A stretch of DNA of 64,000 nt, taken from positions 17,608,001-17,672,000 of the forward strand of contig CM052838.1 in NCBI GenBank assembly GCA_028534125.1, written 5' to 3'. Of this stretch, positions 54,696 to 64,000 are shown in pieces. A program made the translations under genes and the position numbers. This DNA is from Lama glama. Taxonomy: Eukaryota. Numbering within the stretch: position 1 is the stretch's first letter; each line of letters begins with the position of its first letter. Under the pieces are notes generated by a model that saw nothing but the letters and a program-made list of their open reading frames with translations, was not told the origin of the DNA and ran no database searches.

Positions 54696-55989
54696 GTTAT
54701 TCACCAAGTTATTATCCCATGGGAGTGAGAGCTCAGTTATTCTTTAATTTCTTTGTCATGTTCTGTGTGCCTTAACTGTTCTGCAAGGAGTATGTGCTAT
54801 GTTTGTGATTAGAAATAAACACCCCATAAAACCACTTTCATTTTAGAATTGAATGAATTCAAAGTTGAGACTTTCCCCATCCTGAAAAGCGCTACACGTC
54901 ATCGTCAGAACTGATAACTCGAGAAGCAAGCATAAAACAGCTCCAAGTCACCAACCGAGCGTCTGAGGCTTGGACTGCAGGTGACCTGGGGCAGGACGTG
55001 GGCAACAGGAGTCACCGTCTATTCCTTTCTTTCTACACCCGGCTCAGTTCCACCCCAGCGGTCTCTTGTCTTGGGGGACAGCCTCCAAACTGTTTTTTCT
55101 GCCTCTGGTGTAGGTCCCTCCTCTACCTGAGGTTTTCTAAAAAGCAAATCTGACCATGTCACTTCCTTGTCTAAAACCTCCTCTGGCTCCCCAGTGCTGT
55201 CAGGATCAAGTTCAAGTTCAAACTCTTTAGACTGGTATTCAAGGCCCTGGAAGTCTCATGCTTTGGTCTCGAAGAGAGTCTTTATGCTAGCCTCCACCTG
55301 GGTTGCTCCTGTCTGGATGCCTCCAGAAAATGGCTTAAAGGCTTTTATAAACCCTGGTTCACCCAACTTTACTGGGTGTATGCTTTCCCCCCAAATTTAC
55401 ACACCAAAGTGTTGAATAGTGGCTGGGTACCAGTCTGCAGCTGGGAGGAGAAACTACCACAAATCCAAGGGTGGCAGGGAAGCTAAATCCTGCTCTCCCA
55501 CCAACTGAGGATTTGTCCATAGGGACTGGAGCCAGGCCCCCCATGATGAATTTGAAAGGTGGGACAAGACATGGGCCAGCAGCTTAGATAGGGGATGTCA
55601 AGGAGGGAAAAAAATCAGCCCTGGGGATCTCAGCCCTGAGGATGCTGTGGTTGGGGGCCAAGCAGCTTTGCCTCTTCTCTGACTCAGTTTCCTCATCTGG
55701 GATGCAGGCAGCATTTTGGGATGTGTGGTAGGAAGTCACAGCTCTGGGAGCAGCACTCCTGCGGCTCCCCCCAGCAAAGGGAGCCCACTCCCCCCCTTGG
55801 GCCCCAGACAGAACTGGCATTGTGGTATGTAATTGAATTTGGCCTAATTACCTAATTGTGCTGAGGAACAACCAGTACCAACAGAAGCTTCAAGTGTCGG
55901 GGGTGGTTGGAAGCCAGGAGCCAAGAGGCAGCCTCCAGATTCCCTAGGCATCCAAGGGAAGCAGTGCCAGCACCAGCACCCTTATATCC

Positions 55990-56470
55990 CTTAACCTCTC
56001 AGTTGCTTGGAACCCTGGGAGGCAGGTGGCAACTGTTCCCATTCTACAGGTGAGGAAACTGAGGCTCAGAGAGAAGCATCTTGCCCAGGGATACCAAGTA
56101 AGAAGAAGTAGAGAGAAAATTTGAACTCACATTTCCTCTGCATTTGGGGCCTTTGCACATGCTGTTTCCTCTGCCCAGAATGCTTTTCCCTGTCCTCTTT
56201 GGGCAGATTTTCTCCTTGGAGCCTTCCTGCAAGGGTCGTTTCCTTGAGAAAGCTTTCTCTCAGCTCCCAGGCCCATGGCCCTCCTCCACTCAACCTTTGC
56301 AGAGCCGGTCACAAGATTACATCATCGTCGGAAGGCATTTATTCCAAGTCGGTCCTCTCCATCAAGCCCTGAGCTTCTGGAGGGTAAGGACCACATCCTC
56401 CTCACTCACACTATGCAGGCATCTAGCACAGGATGCTGTGGTGCTCAGTAAATGTATGCTGAATGAAAGG
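55990..56470. mobile_element. MIR (minus strand) followed by L2 3' fragment (plus strand)
   Basis: cccattctacaggtgaggaaactgaggctcagagag; then ggcctttgcacatgctgtttcctctgcccagaatgct...gtgctcagtaaatgtatgctgaatgaa. Confidence 0.78.
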
Positions 56471-57039
56471 AGGAATAACCTCTAAATTCTTGGATTCTTC
56501 CAGACGTAGTCTGTTGGTTTCCTGCCATCACTGGGGGTGGGGGCCTCATCTGCAAGGAGTAATGCACCTGGGACTATGACAAGGGTCCCCCAGAGTCATA
56601 GGGGAAGGATAGGAAGGCCACTCTGTGAGGCCCTGATCTGGGAGCTACAGAGATGAGATCCCACTGTTGGGAAGTGAAGGGACAGGAACAGGGTCACCCA
56701 GCTTGCAAGGAGCCAGGACTGGAAGACAGGACTGCCTGGGTCTGGGACCTGGCCTCACCACCCTTACCATGCTATTATCAAGAGACAGAATGAATGAACA
56801 AGGCTAATGACAGAGGGACACATAACTTAATCCAAAGAAAATTAGGTGAAGAGTGGAATTTCAGGTCTTGTGAAACAAGGCAGGAGAGATATGATTAGAT
56901 CCCTCCACAAAGGCAGCTGCCCCCTGGGCTGGTTCACAAGGCAGCCCGGCCCCTGGGACGCATCCAGGGCTCCACTCATCCAGTCACCGGGATGTCAAGC
57001 CTCCTTCTTTCTTCTGGGAGGTAGTCTGACCTGGTACCC

Positions 57040-57230
57040 AAGTGTGCAGGAGCAGGACTGCCTGGGTCTAATTCTAGCCCAGCCACTTGCTAATTGTGTG
57101 GCCTTGAGCAAGTAATTAACCTTTCTGAGTCTCAGCTTCTCAATATTTTTATAAAGATGAAAGGAGAGGAAGTCTGTGCAGTATTTTGCCCAGCGTCTGG
57201 AACATGGTCAGAACTTCATAAAAGTTCACT
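57040..57230 (+). mobile_element. MIR SINE
   Basis: gactgcctgggtctaattctagcccagccacttgctaattgtgtggccttgagcaagtaattaacctttctgagtctcagcttc. Confidence 0.8.
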
Positions 57231-58281
57231 CCTTAATTGATTCATAGTAGTAGTAAAATAAATGTAGTATTGGAAGCGATAGGCTAGCATGAGTAATAGC
57301 AGGAGCAGTCACAGTAGCTGTCATGGGAGTAACGGTCCTGCCAGTAGCAATGGGAAGAGTATTAGTGGTAAGCACCGTATCAGGTTGGCCCTCCCCCTGG
57401 CGCAAGGAGGGATGCTGGGAAGATTGCTCCCTCTTTCTGTGCTGATCTCCCCTCAGATAAAAAAAGAGGGTTGGGCCAGGTGATCCCCAAAGGCCCTCTG
57501 CACACTGACATTCACATCAGAGTAACAGCAGCAATGAAAACAAAACTACTGCAGATACTTACTACTGAGACTTACATACCCCTTGCACTCCAAAAGGGCA
57601 CTGTGCTCCCGCTTCCTCTGTCCTCTCCAGCGCACAGTATTCTCTTCCTCAACCCAGCCTATTATTCCTCTCACAGCTAATTTTTGGGGAGAGGGTACTC
57701 TCCACCCACCTGTTTTGCCTGTTACCAGGATGTGGCAAGTGGATCCCGAGTTCTCACGCCACGCAGGGCACAGCTCCCTCCACGTCGTTGATCTAATCCT
57801 CAGTACCTCTGGGAGGGAGGTATGGTTATCATCATCTGTTTCCTGATGCCACTGCTAAGGCTCAGAGAGGTTGTGCCATTTACCTGAAGTCACACAGCTC
57901 GAAAGCAGGGAGCAGAATGCAAACCCAGGGTGGCCCACCTCCATGGCTGGACATGCCATGTGGGTGATTTCTACACTTCAAAGACTCCTGTGCCACCCCC
58001 GCTTCCACTCCATTCAGGTGCTCCTCACTACCAACCCTCCCCTGCTCACATGGCATGAGGCCTCTTTCCATATTCACTGAAGATAACACAGTCGGCATGT
58101 ACTCCACAGACGTACCCTTCTTCCTCCCATCAGTCATGAGACCATCTGTCCCTGCTTAGTCCTCAATGGTTTAAGTCCCGTTCCTCCACTGGCCACCTGA
58201 GAGCCAGCCCTCAGGGACAGCTGGACTGTCCAGTACTGAGTCTTAAATACGAGGTGATCGACAACATTAAAAACTTCAGGA

Positions 58282-58390
58282 GGGGAGTGGAGGGTATAGC
58301 TCACTGGTAGAGCACGTGCTTGGTGTGCATGAGGTCCGGGGTTCAATCCCCAGTGCCTCTGTTAAGGTGCAGGGGGGAACCTAAAAAAAA
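58282..58390 (+). mobile_element. tRNA-Ala-derived SINE (camelid vic-1-like)
   Basis: ggagggtatagctcactggtagagcacgtgcttggtgtgcatgaggtccggggttcaatccccagtgcctct with A box (TAGCTCACTGG) and B box (GGTTCAATCC), A-rich tail, and imperfect TSD aaaaacttcagga / aaaaatcctcagga. Confidence 0.85.
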
Positions 58391-59013
58391 TCCTCAGGAT
58401 ACTTCTTGCAGAATTGGAAGCCCTGGCGGTTCTGGGCACATGTCTCACATGGCCTCAGGAGGCCCCCTGCGCAGTGGCTGCCCCGTTGGGGGTTCTGGGC
58501 TCTCTGATCCCCCAGACTCACCCCGTGTTTTCCCCCTGGATGCCACTGCTCTTTGTGTCACCTCCTGGCTGGGTGGATATGTGGGTCTGTGACACCAAAC
58601 TGAGGAAGCCCTTTCCACCTGGTGCCCGGACCCTGAAGTTTAGCCTCGGCCAGCCAGGGGCACTGGTCTTCCGAGGGAACAGACCCCACTGATGGGCTGC
58701 CTCCGTGCTCCCTGTCCTCTCTCTTTAGAGGGGCAGTGCCTTCCTCCTCTGCTGTTTTCTCCTCACACTGTTCTCTCTTCGTTTGGGGTGGGAGGAGAAG
58801 AACCAGATGCAGAAGCCCGGTCCCCAGGAGGCAGACACACCAATCTCTCCCCGGAGAGACTGGGAGTGGCTCACACTCATCACACTTGCCAGCGCCCGGC
58901 CTCCCGGCCTCCCGACGGAGCGCGATGGCACACCAATCTCCCGCCGTCTGTGCCTGGGGAAGGCGAGCTCCTGTTTTCTCTCTTCCCAGCCCCGTTTGCA
59001 CAGACGTGGGCCC

Positions 59014-59015
<2 letters not shown>

Positions 59016-59056
<41 letters not shown>
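59016..59056 (+). repeat. (CA)n microsatellite, ~20 units
   Basis: Uninterrupted CA run. Confidence 0.97.
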
Positions 59057-59058
<2 letters not shown>

Positions 59059-59388
59059 GCCCCGTGCCTCCCGGCCTCCCAGCAGACGCTTAATTGGGAG
59101 GCAGCGATTCTAAACATCTGGGCCGCACATCTGAGAGTGGGCTCGGGACCACACGGAGCCTGGAGGAAAGGGAAGACATGCAATTATGTCACTTCCTCGG
59201 CTGACAGTACTCAGGAGGGGACAGCGCCAAACAGCAGCAGGCACTTCTGGGGATGTAGCCCAGGGCTGGACTGGGGCTGCCCCGGGCAGTGAGCCTGGGG
59301 CCCAGAGTAAGAGGCTGCAGGTGACGACGCCTGGGAAGAGCTGAGCTGCAGCCAGCAGGACCGGTGGTGCATGGAGCTGCGGTCCCAA

Positions 59389-59585
59389 GGGGAAAGGAAG
59401 AGACAAAGGAAATGAAGGAGAGAGGAAAGGAGAGGGGAGGAGGACAGCGAGGGAGAAAGAAGAAAAGAGAGGGAGGGAAGGAGAGAGGGAGAAGGACTGA
59501 GGGAAGGGGAGGGAGGAGAGACATGGGCAGAGGGAGAGAGGGGAAGAGAAGGAGCGAGCCAGGAGGACAGAGTGGGGAGGGGAGA
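59389..59585 (+). repeat. GA-rich low-complexity tract
   Basis: ~200 bp of almost exclusively purines on the plus strand. Confidence 0.85.
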
Positions 59586-59709
59586 CTATTTTATTTTGTT
59601 CAGCATGGAGAGAGGCCTGACCCTTCCAGGCAATGGAGCTGCCCCTGGCAGCCCACAGGGAGAGCAGCAGCCTCCGACAGGGTGCGTGGTGGACACAGAC
59701 GACCCAGTT

Positions 59710-59860
59710 CTGATCTCAGCCCAACTCAGCCACTCCCCAGCTGTGTGATCCTGGGCACGGACTTCACTTTTCTGAGCCTCAGTTTCCCCATCTGCAAAAG
59801 GGGATAGAACTCTCCTTCGTGGGTCATTGTAAGAGTCAAGGTGCTCACCTGTGTCAAGTG
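59710..59860 (+). mobile_element. MIR SINE
   Basis: agctgtgtgatcctgggcacggacttcacttttctgagcctcagtttccccatctgcaaaagggata. Confidence 0.8.
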
Positions 59861-61454
59861 ATGGCAGAGTCCGGACTATCCCTGAACTGTCCCTGGTTTT
59901 TCCAGCCCCTCTGAGTTGGGAGCTTCCTGCTGGAAGTGGCTGGCCCCAGAGGGTTCTGCACGCCCCACCCCCACCCGCCTTCAGCTTCTCCCTTTGCCGA
60001 TGTGGGTCTGTTGACATTGTGTTTTTCCTAACCTGTCCAGGTCTGTGAGCTCTTGGCGGATACAGAAGATCTCTAGGGTTACCTAAGTGCCAATCACAAA
60101 GTCGGCATATAATAGGTGCCCTTGCACGTTTGTCTAAGGGGTGAATTAGTTTATCCTTGCACTAAGTTTCTGCTGTCATTATAATTATGTGCCTGTTTCA
60201 AAGGCAGGCTCCTACTCCCCCCCCACCCCTCTTCAGTAATTCTTGCTTCCTGCCAGAGACAATAGTGGCTCTTCATCCCAAACAGGTGAGACTAGGTCCT
60301 TTGGAATTCCCTACAAGAGTCCAGCCCCAGGCAACGTTTCCCACCTGACCAGCCTCAACAAGCCAGAAAATGTGCCTAGGAATATAATGAAGCATCTGTT
60401 AATAGCTCTTCAAGGGAAGTCATTGGCTAGAGCTCCCAAGCTCTGGAGTCTGTTTCTCTCTGGACCCAGGAACAGCAAGGGCAGGCACGGCCAGCCAAGG
60501 AGGCGATGATTCCTTTCAGCCACCTGCCAGGCCACCACCCTGCCCCCAGAGAGGGGAATTACCACCTTGCAGAGCTTCCACTGCAAAACACAAACACCTG
60601 GTTGCCTGGGCAGCACCTTGCCTGGGTGACGTGCTCCAGATGGTCCCTTGAGAGGCAGCTGGGTTGCCACGGAAACGGAATTGCTGTTGCTTCAGCCAGG
60701 AGACTTGGATTCCAGATCCTCTGGACCCCAGGCTTAGAGAGGTGAAGAGATTTGCGTAAAGTCACACAGCAAGTAGGTTTCAGAGCCTGCACTGCAAGGC
60801 AGGACTTACTAACAGAACGATTATGTAGCCCTTCTGAGATGCCAGCTTGAGTTAAGTACTTTGCACTCATTATTTTGTGAGAGGCTGGAGACGTGGCTGA
60901 GGACGCACTTGGCATGGATGTGATGGAGCTGAGCTGAGCCCAGTTCAGCCTGATCCTGAAAGCCCGAGCTTGGACCCCTATCTCATGCTGCCGTCTCTTT
61001 GGTTTCTAGGTTTTGGCTCTGCATGCCCTGAGACCAGCCCTATCCCAGCAGCTCACTGGACCCGACTCAAGGGCCACTGAAAGCGTGGGGGCCAGGAGGG
61101 CTGGGGGCCTGCAGGTTGGGACCAGCACTTCCAGGGCCTGGTCCCTCCTAAGCCCTCGCTGTGCTCTGCACACTGATGACGGGTAGCTTATGAGGGACAA
61201 GAGGATGAGGGTCTGTTGGCCAGATGGGCCCTGGGGACAAGGCTGAGCAGGACACTCACATTTGAGCCTGATCCCTGAGAGAGAAGGTACAACCCCGGGC
61301 GAAAAGGAGAGAGGACTTGGAGTTAGAGCAGCCTGGTTCACACCCTCCCCCTACTCCCTTGCTTCTTTCCATCCTCTCTTTAGTCTCAACTGTCCACACA
61401 TCTGTCCCATCAGAGGGTCTGTCCACTCACCCCTCACCTTGTTACACAAAGGAT

Positions 61455-61620
61455 CTGAGTTACTTTGGGCAAGTGTTCTTTTACTTGGGCAAGTTGTTCA
61501 TCAGTTTTCCAATCTACAAAATGGGTTGGTTCATCATGAGGATCAGGGCTGATGTTCATAAAATACTTAGTACAAAGCCTGGCATGAAGTAGGAGCTCAA
61601 GAAATGGTACTTTAAATGTT
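61455..61620 (+). mobile_element. MIR SINE fragment
   Basis: cttgggcaagttg...tcagttttccaatctacaaaatggg...aaaatacttagtacaaagcctggcatgaagtaggagctcaagaaatg. Confidence 0.75.
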
Positions 61621-62124
61621 ACTTTCTCTCTTGAAAGAATTTTGGGAAGGGTTGCTGGGAGACTTGGAGAGACAGAGACCCTCAAACTTCCCCAGGCCAA
61701 GGCACAGACAGGGTGTCACTGGCCCTGTCTAGCCTGCCTCAGCCGGCTCTCTGACTCTGTACTCCTGCAGGCCGCCTGCCTCCCCGACTGGGGTCAGCCT
61801 CCTTTTTGGAGGGGAAGATGGGGTGGGGGTGCAGGGAGGGCTAGGGGAGGAAGATGTGCTGTTAACCCCATGTGAACCTCTGCTGTCTTAGAGAAACCTG
61901 TAGGCATCCAGCCCTCAAGAAGGGGCCATTCCCTGGCCTGAGTTAACAGGACCCCACTCTACCTACTCACTTGGAGGTGGGTGTTGTTGGCACTTATCTT
62001 GGACCTACTTATTCCATATTTTTTCAGACCCCAAACCAAGACACAGGTCAGGCAGAGGGTTCTGACCTATCTCCAGGTATGAGAGGCATCCTAAGAAAGT
62101 CTGAATGCCAGCATGTTGGAATAA

Positions 62125-62365
62125 GATTGCTAACACGTATACAGCACCTAGTATATGCTAGGCCTTGTTCTAAGCACCGTACATACATTAACTTACTTAA
62201 GACCCGTGATGTAGGCATTATTACAATCCCCTTTTATCACTTAAGGCAAGCTTGGCACAGAGAGGGTAAGTGACTTTTCCAAGGTCACACAGCTGGTGAG
62301 TGGAGGGTTGGGTGGTTTTCATACCCAGACATGCTGTTGCCGCGTCCAGGCTTTTAAGCACTACT
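62125..62365 (-). mobile_element. MIR SINE, near full length
   Basis: gctaacacgtatacagcacctagtatatgctaggccttgttctaagcac...ggcacagagagggtaagtgacttttccaaggtcacacagctggtgagtgg. Confidence 0.85.
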
Positions 62366-64000
62366 CCTCTCTCTGAAATAGCTGAATGGTTTCTGGAAAA
62401 AAAAATATTTGAAATTGGGGTTGACCAGAAATTGTGATAAGAAAGCTGACATGTACTGAATGTTTACTATGCGCCAGGCTCTCTGCTCCTCACCATCCCT
62501 GGGACCGTGAGGATTGAATGAGCGCAAAGATGCGAGGGCGTTTAACCTCCCAACAAGGACAAATCACTGTCAAATACTTAATATCTCTACCTGCAAGCAA
62601 TTCAGGTGATCCTGACAAGCTCTCTTCAGTCCTTAACACGTCTTTTTCAGCATTTCATCTCAACCTGTACATAGAGAGTAGGGGGCAGCTTACAGCTTCA
62701 GGGTTAGAGATTCTTGTTTGAATCACAATCTTGGCTGTTTTTAACCAAGTGGCCTTGGTTAAATCACTCACTCTTCCTAAAGCCCAGTCTCCTCACCTCT
62801 AAAATGGGGCAGACTTGGGTCTGGGATCAACATGGATGTTTTACACAGTGTCTGGGACCATGAGAAACACTGACCAAATATTTGCTATCATCACGATTGA
62901 AAGGGACGGTAAATTAGATTTTTCTGTCCTAATCTAGATGCCCTGCCCTGGCTCTGTAAGTCTAAACAGGCAAGGCTGATGATACCTGCACCATCGTTAA
63001 TTTCTGTCTGCCTGTCTAACCCAGGGGGTATTTACAAGGCTGTGGCTTGCAACACTTGCTTTAAAAGTTCCATAACCACCTTGCCCACTTTCTGCCAAGT
63101 CTCTGCTCCATTTCACTCTCACACCCTTGAATCCCCTGAAATCCCTCCTCTGGGGGTGAGAAAGCTAAGCTCTGTCTTAAAACCAAAGCTCTGGCTTCCT
63201 TAATCCTCTTACCTGACTCTTTCCTCTGCAGAATTAATTGGTGCCCATGGCTTTATGAACTTCTCTAGCGGCCACGGCATCTTCAGGGCACCCTGGGGTG
63301 GTGGGGAATGTTTTGGCCAGACCTCTGTCCCGGATGCACCTTTGGGCTGGGTTGTGGAAGGCAGCACTGTGGCTGCAAGGTGACAACAAGCTTGGTGCCT
63401 GGAGGGTGATAACCCTGTGGCCCTGCATCGACCCAGAGGCCATGCATTTCTTTGGGGACACCTGCAGAGAAGCAGGGATGGCCTGAGATCTGGTCCCACT
63501 TCCGCAATCACTGAGGCCATCTCCCCACCTTTCAGAACCTTAGTCTTTTCCTCTTTCAAGGGGAATAAGCCCGCTTTGGGGATCTCAACGGGCTGGACAA
63601 GGAAGGCCATGTAAAGGGCCTGTGTCTGTGTGGGATTACTGTCATTTCTCATGCACAGAATGGGAGCATTCATTGACTTCAAACCCCGGGAGCAGGGACT
63701 GTGTGTGGTGCATTTATATGTGTTTGTAGCCCCCGTGCTTGGCACGGAGTGGGTCTGGCAAAAGATGCTTATCATTCCTTGCCCTGAAAATTCCTGTTTA
63801 GTACTTTTTATTCTGGGAGGCATTCTCAAGCCCATGACCTCATCATTCTCCCTGTAGCCATGAAGATGGAGAAATGGTGCAGATGCACTGGACTGTGGAA
63901 GAAATGGATGCTGGGTGAGGGGATCGGCCTGACTGGGGGAGGTGAAGGTGGAGGGTGGCACTCAGGCCTCCGTGGCCTCATCCGGGGCTGTCCTCTGACT

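Noticed and set aside
58289-58360. Functional tRNA gene
   Set aside because: Acceptor stem is mispaired, the anticodon loop is degenerate, and the flanking TSD and A-tail indicate a SINE
62805-62822. Minus-strand CCCAAGTCTGCC (PKSA), resembling the end of the preceding ZMIZ1 exon
   Set aside because: No GT donor follows, no upstream VVSRVAAQQ...RDKF coding sequence, and it sits at the edge of a MIR; the true exon must lie beyond the window
63209-63961. 250-aa minus-strand ORF
   Set aside because: No similarity to ZMIZ1 or any protein I recognise, and no convincing splice boundaries

Overview
Mammalian genomic DNA, GC-rich, with five N gaps. A tRNA-Ala-derived SINE resembling the camelid vic-1 family suggests a camelid genome. 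The window lies inside ZMIZ1 (Zimp10/RAI17, a PIAS-like MIZ zinc-finger co-activator) on the minus strand. Five coding exons are present at ~15400-15544, 5037-5151, 3826-4043, 2886-3084 and 1668-~1940; two of them are partly hidden by gaps. They encode roughly aa 94-410, including the Ala/Thr-rich tract. The remainder (15545-64000) is one very large intron with ancient repeats (MIR, L2, MER3, MER5A, MER2, MLT1, L1), microsatellites and several candidate enhancers. The most notable element is an intragenic CpG island at ~44.8-46.5 kb with a consensus minus-strand splice donor at 45038/45037. It is a probable alternative ZMIZ1 promoter and first exon carrying a uORF and an in-frame CUG, and it is predicted to give an isoform lacking the N-terminal TPR domain. 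Apart from ORFs overlapping those exons, the ORF track is GC-rich noise. I see no evidence for a wholly new gene system. Repeat family calls and human exon sizes come from recalled consensus sequences, not from a search.
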